64,000 nt of DNA from Eledone cirrhosa (GCA_964016885.1 OZ024756.1:38936001-39000000); one strand, 5' to 3'. Numbered from the stretch's first letter, positions 24,029-37,665 are shown. The notes: generated by a model from the letters alone, not told the origin. Numbers and translations are program-made.

Positions 24029-24292
24029 AAGGTTTTTGATATGAAATCGTGTGTCGAAACAAATATTGTTATACTTGGGGAGGGTCATATTGTTATAATA
24101 TTGCCAGAAACAATAACAGGACACACTCACTGTTTGGTTTGGTTTTCGCTTCTGTATCTTTTATATAGCGAAAGCCAACCCAAACCAAACAGTGAGTGTG
24201 TCCTGTTATTGTTTCTGGCAATATTATAACAATATGACCCTCCCCAAGTATAACAATATTTGTTTCGACACACGATTTCATATAAAAAACCT
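24029..24292. mobile_element. Family E palindrome (~120-bp arms)
   Basis: AAGGTTTTTGATATGAAATCGTGTGTCGAAAC...CGCT / AGCG...GTTTCGACACACGATTTCATATAAAAAACCTT; single copies at about 42433-42652(+) and 40375-40520(-). Confidence 0.85.
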
Positions 24293-24321
24293 TGCAAAAC
24301 AAGTATGTATATATATGTATG

Positions 24322-24477
<156 letters not shown>

Positions 24478-24484
24478 TGTATAC

Positions 24485-24558
<74 letters not shown>

Positions 24559-24559
24559 G

Positions 24560-24641
<82 letters not shown>

Positions 24642-24762
24642 GGTTGGTGTTTGTGTACGTCCGAGGTTGTAGAGTTTGAAAGAGAGTTAAGAAGAAGAAG
24701 AAGAAGAAGAAGAAAAGGAGAAGACGAAGAAGAAGAATAATGTGAAGAAGAAAAAGAAGAAT

Positions 24763-24815
<53 letters not shown>

Positions 24816-25035
24816 CCACCACTACAACAACAACAACAAAAACATTTCCACATTACAACTTTTCGTGAAAGACATGAAATGTTCAAGATCGTTAAATATG
24901 GCTGAAATATTCATCAATCTAAATTAGTGGAATTATTTGTTAGAATATTATCGATGAATCAATTAAAGCTAAGTATGAAGGAGTGCTTATCGATTTTTAT
25001 TTTTATTTCACAAGATATTCAGAAAGATGTATGAT

Positions 25036-25137
25036 TTGATTGGGTATTTTATTGATGACGTCAGCACGTTACGACAGGGTTCTTCCGAGTACACATCAAA
25101 ACAGCTTTTTAAACAGAGCAATACCAAACATGGCGAT
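25036..25137. promoter_or_regulatory. Promoter- or enhancer-like cluster: reverse CCAAT, CRE, YY1-like motif
   Basis: GATTGG at ~25038, TGACGTCA at 25056-25063, AAACATGGCG at ~25126-25135; locally CpG-rich unique sequence. Confidence 0.4.
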
Positions 25138-25873
25138 TTTCTATAACACAACACAAATATCTAATTCGTCATTCTAGAATGGTTATTCCCATATTCCCCA
25201 ATCAGGTATCATTGCGTTTGTTAATCGGCTGTTAAATAAATCATTAAGCAACATAAATCGATACACATTCATCACAGGAATTGTTGTTTAGCTAGAATAT
25301 TCTCGTAGTTCAGAGTTTCAATTCTCCAACAGTGTCACACCTCAGCTCAAAGTCTTCCACCTTAAACTTGGTTTAACTTATAAATATATATATAAACATG
25401 CATATTATGGCTGCAACTCGATTTCGAGTAATGCCATAGCTTGATACTTAAGCTTGAGCATCACAGACGTGGCTTTTTAGTCCTGCTAGGGACTTGCCTA
25501 TGGCCAGCAATACCATACATCACAAAACATGTCACATGTCAAGCGATGCCTGTGCTTGAAGCTTGTTTAAGTGAGGAAAGTCTCTGAACGGGACCAATGC
25601 CACTCTCTGAACGTGGAATTTATTTCCCCCAAAAGAAGAACTGGTCTATATCATTGGATGCAAACGAGTAGTCTTCTCCTAGAGAGATGTCTTAATGGAG
25701 ACTAGGAGTCTCCCCCCCAAAAAAAAACCCCTCCCCCACTTTATTGGTAACATGTAACCCAGTACAACCTATGCATGGTCGGGTCGCCGTTGACTAAACC
25801 GGCTTGATGAGGAGGGTGATTTTGGACACACTGTGGGATAAAAAAGAAAACCCTTCAAAGGACAGAGGAACGT

Positions 25874-25941
<68 letters not shown>

Positions 25942-25943
<2 letters not shown>

Positions 25944-26058
25944 GAAAAGAGTCAGGACCCCGACGGCTGAGCTCCGGTCGCTTCGACAGCTAGATCCGAA
26001 CTCTACTACCCTAAGTATTGAGTACTCTGGTGAGTTATAGTCCACCTGGTATCTTACC
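25942..26058. mobile_element. Family D element in inverted, non-duplicated configuration
   Basis: A minus-strand piece (GGAAAAGAGTCAGGACCCCGACGG...) is joined to the plus-strand 3' piece (ACTCTACTACCCTAAGTATTGAGTAC...); (TA)n on both sides. Confidence 0.75.
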
Positions 26059-26539
26059 ATATATATATATACACAGACAGACAGACATATATACATTTAT
26101 ATTTACATATATTTATTCCAATAGTAAAATATTTGAGTAGGAAGTTCTTCAGGATCTGAAGGCGGAGATGAACATTTATTTATTTTTTATAATTACATTC
26201 AATGTTTTTTGCCCCAAAATAGATAAATTGTTCCGCTTGCCATTATTTTAAATGAATCATTCTATAAAACGAATCTCACCTATCAGTCTAAATATAGAAT
26301 TATAAATATTGGTATCTGCTGATGTGAACCTATCAATAATCGATAAATGATGAATCTAGACGTATTTCTCCTCCTCCATCAGCGTAACATCCTATTATTC
26401 ATCACGTATTAACAGAAGTAAGAACAAATATAAATAGCTGTAAATATACTCATGTACATTTTTACACTTCGGTCGACTTCCATTGGTGTATATCTCAGCA
26501 ACTATATATCTGTGAATATAATCTCCCTAATAAAGTATC

Positions 26540-26867
26540 CTATGTCTTCTTGGGACGACCAGCGTTTCTTGCTCCATGAGATGGACTCCATAGCAACACA
26601 TCACCTGCTATTTCTTCCTTGCTGCGCCAACAGTGGCCAGCAAATCTGAGTCTCTGTCCACGTATTGACCTGCTGATAGGTGGTATATTGCCATAGAAAT
26701 CCATATTTGTTGGGTGTTCCCTCCAAGACACGTTTAAAGCAGCGCGGAGCATACTTGAGGACGATACTGGATGCACTGCGGAAGAACTGGCAAACGCTAT
26801 GAGAGACAGAGATGGATGGAGGAAACGTGTCGTAGTAAACCGAGCAAGCTCGACCTGATGATGATGA
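26540..26867. mobile_element. RTE-clade LINE insertion with a 5' inversion
   Basis: Minus strand 26540-26752 encodes MLRAALNVSW...RLRFAGHC...LLWSPSHG.RNAGRPKKT; plus strand from ~26753 encodes the continuation LEDDTGC..EELANAMRDRDGWRKRV and ends in (TGA)n. Confidence 0.85.
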
Positions 26868-26873
26868 ATATAT

Positions 26874-26907
<34 letters not shown>

Positions 26908-26999
26908 TCAATATATAGAGGGGAAAGACACAGAAGAGTGTGTTTTTCATTACAGGAGTTTCAAACCACCAACGTGAAGAGAATATAAGTTACTAGAGG

Positions 27000-27350
27000 C
27001 ATTGGTAAAACATTAAAACAGATTTGTAGCTCGGAGATGAGAGAGTCACTCCAGGTAGAGCCGCCTCTTCTCCGAATTGAGAGATCACAGCTGTGATACT
27101 ATGGGGCATGTGGTTAGAATGTCTCAGGTAAGAATCGCTGGACAGATTTTATGGGCAAAACCAACTGGCAGGAGACCCAGGGGTAGACCCACCCCGAGCA
27201 AGATGATTGGATAACATCCATTAGCTTGGCTGGTCTCACTTGGGAGATCTAGCCGGATCAGTTGGAGATGGTTGCTTCTGACAGGACCTGTTGGAAGGAG
27301 TGTTTGAAGAATAAGTGGGCGAAGAAGAAAACGCATAAGAAGAAGAGGAT
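27000..27350 (+). mobile_element. RTE-like LINE 3' fragment (second family), frameshifted
   Basis: VEPPLLRIERSQL..GHVVRM...RIAGQIL.AKPTGRRPRGRP; homologous pieces at about 29640-29905(-) and 52325-52395(-). Confidence 0.75.
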
Positions 27351-27744
27351 AGAAAATAGGAAGTTATAATGCTTCCCAAGAACATTAGCTCCATAATTGC
27401 TGTAACTTCCCACTTTTATTCTAAGGATCTAATATCTATTTACATTAATTAATGTTCTCATTTTCTCAATTTTAACTTTCCTTGTTTAATTTTACGTTTG
27501 ATTTACCAATTGAACTTTTATATTTGTATTTTTACTTCCACAGAGAAATAATTGGAGTTATATTGAAGAACTCTAATATATCTTATAACAAAATGTAATG
27601 AAATATTTCTACAATCGTACACCGAAATATCCAATTACAATAGAAATATCCCAATGAAAATTGCAATGAGTTATTTCATATCAAATTTTTTAAAGTTATT
27701 TCAAATCAATTAGTGTGTTATTTCACATAGGTTTGCAATCGAGT

Positions 27745-27935
27745 TCGTAGCAGTGAGGACTTCTGGTGTCCTTGGGTCTAGGGCCTAGGGCTACCTCCCT
27801 ACTCATCACCATCGGCCCAGAGCTGGCTACCCGTAGGTGTGAGCCTCGCTAGGAGCTGGAATGGCTCTTCCAGCGCGTCTCCCGCACCATCCTCCGAGGA
27901 AACGCCTTCTCTATTCTGTCCGTCAGGGCCGCGTG
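27745..27935 (+). mobile_element. CRE-type LINE 3' fragment
   Basis: Nucleotide similarity to the reverse complement of 60290-60465; AV.TSGVLG...ELEWLFQRVSRTILRGNAFSIL. Confidence 0.7.
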
Positions 27936-28010
27936 GCGTCCAGCGCGTTTGCACCCATTTGCTCATAATATTGAGTGATATAAAGCAGCTGTTCATAATG
28001 TTGAACCCGA

Positions 28011-28220
28011 CACTTGAGTGGTGGATTGGCAGTGTGAGTATAACGTCAGACAACTTGAGTGGTGGATTGGCAGTGTGAGTATAACGTCAGACAACTTGAG
28101 CGGTGGATTGGCAGTGTGAGTATAACGTCAGACAACTTGAGCGGTGGATTGGCAGTGTGAGTATAACGTCAGACAACTTGAGTGGTGGATTGGCAGTGTG
28201 AGTATAACGTCAGACAACTT
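28011..28220 (+). repeat. 41-bp tandem repeat x5 containing the SINE S1 head
   Basis: GACAACTTGAGTGGTGGATTGGCAGTGTGAGTATAACGTCA with period 41, followed by a decayed SINE body (28230-28295). Confidence 0.9.
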
Positions 28221-28454
28221 AGAAATATTTAGTTTCGGCCATTTATGTTACGAGATCAAATCCTGCCGAGGTCATCTTTGCTTTTCATCCTTCCGAATAA
28301 CTCACTGGGGTTTGATTTTATCGAATTTCTCCTTCCCCTTCAAATTGCTGACCTTGTGTCAAAAGCAGAAAAAATTATATTTAAACACACATCTTTAGAC
28401 TGTATTTCTCTGGGAAATATTGCTTTCGTGAGTTTAATATCGAATATTATTAAA

Positions 28455-28788
28455 GGTTAGCTTTGCCTTTCATCCTTTCGGGGTCGATAAAATAAGGTAC
28501 CAGTAATACACTGATGTCGATTTAATCGACTTTCCCCCTTCCCCCCAAATTGTTGGCCTTGTGCGTTAATCAGAAAGCATTATTATTATTCGGCAGTGGA
28601 TTGGCAGTATCGGTAGAGGGTCGGAGGCCATGCTTTGCAGCATAAAGTTACGGCCCTTTATGATCTGAGTTCAAATCCCGTCGAGGTTAACTTTGCCTTT
28701 CATCCTTATAGGGTCGATAAAATAAAGTACCTGTAATGCACTGAGTAATTGCTGGCCTTGTGCCAAAAGTAGAAACAATTATTATTAT
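28455..28788 (+). mobile_element. Two tandem SINE S1 copies (truncated plus full length)
   Basis: Full copy at 28591-28788: GGCAGTGGATTGGCAGTATCGG...GAGTTCAAATCC...GCCTTTCATCC...AGTAGAAACAATTATT. Confidence 0.85.
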
Positions 28789-29639
28789 TCGATGTAAAAG
28801 TCACAAATGCATTTACGTATCCATCGCTATGTTAGAGCGAAAACTAAATTCTAATTATGATGTTAGAATTACCTCAAAATTTCTATTTCACTTTAACCTT
28901 ACTAAACATATTCTTCTGTTGCAGTATTTTCACTGTTAAGCTCTTTTGTATATTTACTGTAGTTTCTCAATAATTGTATTTAAAATAATTGTAATAATGT
29001 TTTTAAAATACATTTTTTTTTTTTCAATTTTTAATCTCAAGGGCAAATGTATTTAAAAAGTAGAACAACGACAACAAAATTCTATTACAGTACTTGATGG
29101 ATAAAATGTCCTGAGAAATATTAAATGAAATATTATCAGAAACGAGTCAATAACACAGCTAATAATTAATTTTACTATCATTTATCAATTCTGAGAGCCG
29201 TGCAATTACATGAATATCAAAACAAGATTATTTATACTTTCTTTCTAAGACTTCAACATCTTCAACCATCACTAGTTGTCAATGATCAGGTTAACATAAA
29301 TTATTCGGTTTGAAATAGAGTACTAAAAAAGCTAAATATAATTAATATTGCAACGAAATATGATATTAAATTCATCAGATCACATTATTTCATTCTGGCC
29401 AAAAGATTATGTATATTTGCTTAAATATTGTTTTTTTCTTCTTGGTCAGTAGTCAGTAAGCAATGTTATTTCTGTCACCTTTAAAATGGAAACCAGACCT
29501 CCCACCTTAAGTATCGGATTCAACTTTATTAGCGGCTGTTTTACAACCAAATATAGAATGCCATACACCAATAGTTTAATATTTAAGGACGCCTAATGCA
29601 CATTTTCTCCACTGTCCTTGCCCTAAATTATGCAAATAT

Positions 29640-29905
29640 CTTCTTCTTTGCCCCCTTATTCATGGGAGGGTCGTAGGGCCGATAGAGTCTTCAATTACTT
29701 GTTCCAGCGGGTCTTGTCAAAAGCAACTGTCATCAATCGATCCCGCTGGTGGTGGTCGGATCCCCAAGCGAGACCAAACCAACCGAGCTCAAGGATGTTA
29801 TCCAACCACCTTGCTTGAGGAAGGGGTCTACCTCTGGGTCTCCTGTCGGTTGGTTTTGCCCGTAAAATCTCTGATGCGATTCTTTCCTGTATTCTCTCCT
29901 TTATT
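29640..29905 (-). mobile_element. RTE-like LINE 3' fragment
   Basis: ERIASEILRAKPTDRRPRGRP...RWLDNI.ELGW..VAFDKTRW. Confidence 0.75.
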
Positions 29906-30023
29906 GACTTCGAGAAAACCAATGATGTTATATTTTCCAAAAAGACAAAAAGAAGTTGAAGATAAATCAAAGTTGATATATTTTGTTAATATATTATAAA
30001 TATACTTAAATTATATTAACACT

Positions 30024-30312
30024 TTGGTTTCTAATATAGGCACACGGCCCGCAATTTTGGTGGAGTGGGAAAGTCAATTAAATCGACACCAGTGCATTAC
30101 TGCTACTTTATTTTATCGACCCCCGTAAGGATGAAAGGCAAAGCAGCCTCGGCAGGATTTGAGCTCAGATCGAAAAGGGGCGTAACACTATGCTATAAAG
30201 CATGTTGTCGGACGCTCTACCGATACTGCCAATCAACCGCCCTTACCAATAATTGTTTCCACTTTTGGCACAAGTACAGCAATTACTCCAGTGCATTACT
30301 GGTACTTTATTT
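30024..30312 (-). mobile_element. SINE S1 full copy plus an adjacent 3' fragment
   Basis: Same diagnostic motifs on the minus strand. Confidence 0.8.
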
Positions 30313-30460
30313 GTTAAAATATTAAATATATTAACATATTTTGAGCATACACTGTTCGATAGTTGTAGCAATTATCCCAGTGCATTACTGGTACTTTATT
30401 TGTTAAAATATTAAATATATTAACATATTTTGAGCATACACTGTTCGATAGTTGTAGCAA
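30279..30460. repeat. 89-bp tandem duplication spanning a SINE-fragment junction
   Basis: GCAATTA..CAGTGCATTACTGG...GATAGTTGTA starts at 30279 and again at 30368. Confidence 0.85.
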
Positions 30461-30886
30461 GTGTATTTTACGAAAAACTCTTCTGAGGTTTGGATTACGA
30501 ATATGCACCGAGTGACCGGTAAGCCTCCAGGTATTTCGTAAGCTCCGACATAAAATGCGAAACTAAATTGTTTTGTTATCTTCTCACGAAGAAAAGAAAT
30601 GACTACAGAGAAATGCAATGAAAATGAAATAATAAACAAGAAGAAAAGTAGTTGGCAACAACAATAATAACAACAACAAACAAAAAATGAAAGAAAAATA
30701 AAAGAAAATCTTCCGGAAATCTAATTCGCTAAAGACGTTTACACACCTGGATTTTTTCTCTATTGTTTCACTAAGATCTAATTTCTGTCTCTTTGCATAA
30801 ATGCTTACTTACTTACATATGTATGTGTGTGTGTAGATGGGGGAGAGAGAGTGTGTGTGTGGGGGGAGTGTGTGGGGGGAGTGTGT

Positions 30887-30929
<43 letters not shown>

Positions 30930-31016
30930 TGTGTGTGTGTGTGGGAAAGAGAGAGAGAGAGTTTTGTGTGTTTGTGTGTGTGGGAGAGAGAGAGTATTTG
31001 TGTGTGTGTATGAGTT

Positions 31017-31103
<87 letters not shown>

Positions 31104-31261
31104 AAGAGTGTATCTATGTGTATATTTATTAGTATGCTGGTGTGACTAAGCACGTGTTGCCAAATTTCTACCTCTTTCTTTTAAAAGGTTACCTTACCTC
31201 ACTTGTTCTGTCTCACCTAATATTTTGACACACTAAAAAAACCCAGATGATGGTAAGTCGT

Positions 31262-31312
31262 TCTCTGACGTCATCATAGCTTGTAGCCAATGATAAGAGA
31301 ATACGTCATCTC
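31262..31312. promoter_or_regulatory. CRE + CCAAT + half-CRE cluster
   Basis: TGACGTCA at 31266-31273, AGCCAATGA at ~31285-31293, TACGTCAT at ~31302. Confidence 0.45.
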
Positions 31313-31707
31313 CTTCAGGACTTGGTGAGGATGGTAAGTGGTGCATCATTCCATACTCTAACATTTAGTGATCACTCACTAAACTCTTCTCAGTACTTTC
31401 GTTCACCCTCGACTTTATCATTGCACCAGATCATGATAGGCAGTGCATTACCGCTGTGTCAACACACACACACACACAGACACGCATACATATACACACA
31501 CACACACACGCATACACACACATACACACACACACACACATACACACGCACATACACACAAACACACTCATATATATGTATATGTATGTATATGTAAATG
31601 TATACACACAAACAGACATGCACACATACACACAAACAAAGAAACACACACACACACATATATATATGTATACATACAAACACACATGCACACATACACA
31701 CGCACAA

Positions 31708-31750
<43 letters not shown>

Positions 31751-33630
31751 ACCACAAACTGACATGCACACATGTACACACAAATACGCACACACACATA
31801 TATACACATACATACATGTATATATATATACGTACTTACACACTCCACACATATTTAGTTATTTACCTAAACATTTTTACAAGAACTCAAGCAGATGCGA
31901 ATATGTGTTCTATAGACTATCAGACTTTACCAACCTTATGTTACCATTATTATGGCACCCTGCTGTGTTAGTGATAACTAGTACAAAGTAAGATCACATT
32001 GGTGATTGGTCGTCTTCGAATTGACGACACATTGCACTACCAAAGTTCACCAGAATAGAATTCTGAGGTTATTGCTTTAGCTGTACCAAACGTATCACGG
32101 ATATTTTCCGTGAATCTTTCGCTACGTATGTGTTACTTTCTTTCTTTCTATCTCTCAATAAATGAACTTTAGTTCCAAGAATTAGTACTAAATCCTCGTT
32201 GCCAAATAGGTCATTATATTTCTGTAATTAATCTTTATCATCTGTAAGACACGAACAGATCACGAAAGAAAGATCAGAGATATGGCATAACTGTATTTGA
32301 TAAAATATTGGCCTACCCACTCATAGCTCAGGTGTTCCGTTATCTGCAATCTGGGCGGAACACCTTATTCCATATTGCTTCAGTTCACTTAGTACCTGGA
32401 ATAGGTATTAGGTTACTTTTGGATACTAACCACAAGAAAAACTGACACCCTATACAGGTGGACATTTCCATCATCAACTACACACTATAACCGGATCTCC
32501 ATAGATCTATCATTTCCCAGGAAACAAATGACAAAAAAAACGAATACCAATAAATCAGAACTGACAGAGACATGACAACAACAAGAGAAGTTTGTAAAAA
32601 GGAACTACAAAATGTCGAACGTTCTTTAGCTAAAAAGCCATGATAAAAGATTTACTATGAGCAGATAAATACCAATGTATTTTAGACACAAAAATATGAA
32701 CTACTCGAATAAACATGGAGAGATTTCTTGTTTCTACGTCAATTTATTTCATTAACAGCTCTCTTGCATCACCAAACACCCCCAAAGACATCTGGTATTA
32801 CAATAAACATGTTAAATGAAAGCTTTCTAGATTTTATACAAAATAATGCTTACGGCTTACTTTAAAGTTTCAACAGCTTTATTTGATTCTAATGGAAAAT
32901 ATTCCCCCCTTAGTTATTATTTAACACCTTCCTACGCTGTTATATTCTGGCTTATTGCATATTTTAATAGGATTGTGGGATGTTCAGATGTTCAAAATCC
33001 TTATAATTGTATAAAGCAATGAAACCAGGATAGAAATAAGATTTTTGAAAAAGAAAATTATTTTTAATTGCAGTAAATTATTGAACCAAATACTACTATA
33101 GTTAATTCGATCATTATTAAATGATTGAATCATCCGATTATTTTTGTCACCATATATTTGTTTTAAAAGTAGAGAATACTTATTGTTTCAGGATATTGGC
33201 ATTGTGATTCACTGGTAAGACGGTCGCCCACACCTTTGTCAAGTTGATGTAATGTTATTTTACTTAAGAACATACTCGTTCTAATGTACTGCTGAGCTGA
33301 TGTGCTGATGTGCTGATGGAAAGAACTTCCTTTCAACAGCATTATACATGTTAATCGACTAAAAAACGACGAAACTTTATGTCAGCTAGTAATTTCTGTA
33401 ATTTTAGTATAAGCTGATACAAAGTAGCAAGGACCTGAAAGGTACATCATTGGCTGACTAATGTTTGTAAGACAGCTGTAGAAATAATTACGATGAGCGG
33501 TGGAGACTGTGACTATGTTGATGTCTATTAAAGTATTTATGTAATATTGAGAAAACAATTATCAACTAAATCTTATTACAAAATACATGCTATTGTTCTT
33601 TATATCTAGTCAATATGGAATTGACTAGAA

Positions 33631-33885
33631 GGCACATGGCTTAGTGGTTAGAGAATTGGGCTTGCAATCGAAAGGTTGTGAGTTCAATTCTCGGACCGGG
33701 TGATGTGTTGTTTCCTTGAGCAAGACACTTTATTTCACGTTGTTCCAGTTTACTCAGCTGTAGAAATGAGATGATAGGGACTGGGGTCCCTATCATTAAA
33801 TTACCCAAGACACCTCCAACGAGATATACCTTGGAGGAGGCCAGCTAAACCTGCATAGGTATGAGCTGTCACAACAACAACAATA
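33631..33885 (+). mobile_element. SINE family S2, full length
   Basis: tRNA-like head with A and B boxes, CORE-like centre, tail ...GAGCTGTCACAACAACAAC. Confidence 0.85.
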
Positions 33886-34488
33886 AGGAATTACAATATA
33901 TTTTCCGAACAGGCCCTTCTATCTAAGGTCTGAACGTGTCCCTTGTTAACACAAGTGAAGGACGATGTGGCATGGTTCTTTTTGCTACCTCTCACCATAT
34001 TGTAGTTTTGGTGGTCTTATTCGCACCAGTCTCCAATCTGGTACTTATTCAGACCTGCGAAGACAAGGCTTTTATAGAGGCGGCTTTTACTCACCTCGTC
34101 AGTGGGTTGTGAGTGTTTTCTTGGGAGCTAAAGGTGTTACCTATTGTTCCATCTTCTCAAGTAGTTTACCCTTGTTGGTCCAATGTTACTTATTCGACCA
34201 GCTGTTGCCTAATTATATCGCAACTAACCATCATATCTGGTGGCCGGATCGCTACCCACCACATGCGACCCGTTCTCTAGCAGAACAGCTCTGCTGAAAA
34301 AGGTAGTAGTTCTAAAAAAAAAAATGTTTGGGGCACATTCAGTCCAATGTTGTAATTACAGAATATGTGTGGTGAGAAGAGGTGAAACAGACGAATTAAA
34401 TGAGTGTAGTTAGGGGTGATATACAGACCTCTAGTTTAGAACTGCAGGGGTTGTTATAGTATAGTGGATAAAAGGTGGTTATAGTGAA

Positions 34489-34738
34489 GGCGCATGGCTT
34501 AGTGGTTAGAGTATTGGGCTTGCAATCGAAAGGTTGTAAGTTCAATTCTAGGACCGAGTGATGTGTTGTTTCCTTGAGCAAGACACTTTATTTCACGTTG
34601 CTCCAGTTTAATCAGCTGTAGAAATGAGATGATAGGACTGGGGTCCCTATCATTAAACCACCCAAGACACCTCCAACGAGATATACCTTGGAGGAGGCCA
34701 GTTAAACCTGCATAGGTGTGAGCTGTAACACACACACA
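34489..34738 (+). mobile_element. SINE family S2, full length
   Basis: Near-identical to 33631-33885. Confidence 0.85.
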
Positions 34739-34876
34739 CATAGTGTACTGGCTAGAATATGGTTCTAGCATGTTAATGAGTGAATGTTTCACAATCAACC
34801 CGATGGAATTCTTTTGAAAACATTCTTGAATGTTAGTGAGTGTAGCGGATAATATTAAGACATTGCCCTTTACGGA

Positions 34877-35020
34877 CTGAGTTCAAATCTCACCGAGGTT
34901 AACTTTGCCTTTCATCCTTACGGGGGTCGATAAAATAAAGTACCAGTAATACACTGGGGTAGATTTAATCGACTTTCCCCTCCCCCAAAATTGTTGGCCT
35001 TGTGCCTAAATCAGAAACCA
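34877..35020 (+). mobile_element. SINE S1, 5'-truncated, long variant
   Basis: B box through tail, with the extra GATTTAATCGACTTTCCCC segment. Confidence 0.8.
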
Positions 35021-35172
35021 TGATTTTATTAGAATCCATACATGTGGCTTCTGTAGAGTCAACAGATGTTTTAAAGCTGGAATTGGTTCTGAGCCTGAAG
35101 ACAAAAACCTAGGATTTGAGACAGAGTTTTGGCAGATATTCAAGGGAGTAAACCAAGGTATAAGTTGTAAAT

Positions 35173-35208
35173 TGTGTGTGTGTGTGTGTATGTTTGTGTG
35201 TGTGTGTA

Positions 35209-35275
<67 letters not shown>

Positions 35276-35359
35276 TTACATTGTGTCTGAATGTATGTGT
35301 GTACTTATGTCTGAGAAAGTGGGCAACAAATGTAAGAAAAAGTTGTATATATGTGTATT

Positions 35360-35411
<52 letters not shown>

Positions 35412-35424
35412 TGTCTGTATGTGT

Positions 35425-35461
<37 letters not shown>

Positions 35462-36125
35462 TGTCTGTATGTGTGTGTGTGTGTCTGTCTGTATGTGTGG
35501 GTGTGTGTGTGTGTGTTTGTCTGTATGTGTGTGTGTCTGTCTGTATGTGTGTGTGTGTGTCTGTCTGTATGTGTGTGTGTCTGTCTGTATGTGTGTGTGT
35601 GTGTGTGTGTGTGTCTGTGTGGGTGTGTGTGTGTGTGTGTCTGTCTGTATGTGTGTGTGTCTGTCTGTATGTGTGTGTGTGTGTGTCTGTCTGTATGTGT
35701 GTGTGTGTGTGTGTGTGTGTCTGTCTGTATGTGTGTGTGTCTGTCTGTATGTGTGTGTGTCTGTCTGTATGTGTGTGTGTGTGTGTGTCTGTCTGTCTGT
35801 CTGTGTATATATATGTGTGTCTGCCTGTCTGTGTATATATGTGTGTCTGTCTGTCTGTCTGTATATATGTGTATGTGTGTGTCTGTCTGTATGTGTGTGT
35901 GTGTCTGTCTGTCTGTATATATATGTCTGTCTGTCTGTCTGTATATATATGTGTGTGTGTCTGACTGTATATATATATATACATATATATATGTGTGTGT
36001 GTGTATGTGTGTGTATATATATGTGTGTCTGTCTGTCTGTATATATATATGTGTGTCTGTCTGTCTGTATATATATGTGTGTCTGTCTGTCTGTATATAT
36101 ATGTGTGTCTGCCTGTCTGTATGTG
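35173..36125. repeat. Compound (TG)n/(TCTG)n/(TA)n microsatellite
   Basis: Direct reading. Confidence 0.95.
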
Positions 36126-36320
36126 AGTAGGGAATGAAGTGTGTACGAATGTGTGTATAATAGACAGATAATATATACACACCGTAATTTACAGTGATGT
36201 TTATTTAACTATATTATACTATATACTAATGAAATAGTAGTAACCACCAGACGAGATAAATTGTGTATAATATACAGATATATATATATATATATACACT
36301 GTAACCCACAATGGTAGATA

Positions 36321-37665
36321 CTAAACTATATTAAACTATATTAAACTATATTAAACTGTACTGAACCATATTAAACTATACTAAACCATATTAAACTATA
36401 TTAAACTACACTAAACTATACTAAATTATATTAAACAATACTAAACTATATTAAACTATATTAAATTACACTAAACTATACTAAATTATATTAAACAATA
36501 CTAAACTATATTAAACTATATTAAACTACACTAAACTATACTAAATTATATTAAACAATACTAAACTATATTAAACTATACTAAACTATATTAAACTATA
36601 TTAAACTATACTAAACTATATTAAACGATATTAAACTATACTAAACTATATTAAACTATATTAAACTATACTAAACTATATTAAACTATATTAAACTACA
36701 CTAAACTATACTAAATTATATTAAACAATACTAAACTATATTAAACTATACTAAACTATACTAAACTATATTAAACTATACTAAACTATATTAAACTATA
36801 TTAAACTATACTAAACTATATTAAACGATATTAAACTATACTAAACTATACTAAACTATATTAAACTATATTAAACTATACTAAACTATATTAAACTATA
36901 TTAAACTACACTAAACTATACTAAATTATATTAAACAATACTAAACTATATTAAACTATATTAAACTATACTAAACTATATTAAACTATATTAAACTACA
37001 GTAAACTATACTAAATTATATTAAACAATACTAAGCTATATTAAACTATACTAAACTATATTAAACTATATTAAACTACACTAAACTATACTAAATTATA
37101 TTAAACAATACTAAACTATATTAAACTATACTAAACTATACTAAACTATACTAAATTATATTAAACAATACTAAACTATATTAAACTGTATTAAACTATA
37201 CTAAACTATATTAAACTATATTAAACTACAGTAAACTATACTAAATTATATTAAACAATACTAAGCTATTAAACTATACTAAACTATATTAAACTATATT
37301 AAACTACACTAAACTATACTAAATTATATTAAACAATACTAAACTATATTAAACTATATTAAACTATATTAAACTATACTAAACTATATTAAACTATATT
37401 AAACTACAGTAAACTATACTAAATTATATTAAACAATACTATACTATATTAAACTATACTAAACTATATTAAACTATACTAAACTATAGTAAACTATATT
37501 AAACTATATTAAACTATACTAAACTATATTAAACTATATTAAACTACAGTAAACTATACTAAATTATATTAAACAATACTATACTATATTAAACTATACT
37601 AAACTATATTAAACTATACTAAACTATATTAAACTATATTAAACTATACTAAATTATACTAAACT
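36321..37665. repeat. 10-bp satellite (YTAAACTATA)n, ~1.35 kb, with higher-order blocks
   Basis: CTAAACTATA/TTAAACTATA units; recurring cassette TTAAACTACA-CTAAACTATA-CTAAATTATA-TTAAACAATA. Confidence 0.95.

Noticed and set aside
33631-33705. tRNA-Ala(TGC)-like gene (also at 16757, 34489, 53362)
   Set aside because: No proper acceptor stem or terminator; it continues into a shared SINE body
33965-34297. 110-aa ORF between two SINEs
   Set aside because: No recognisable motif on either strand; probably an old repeat fragment
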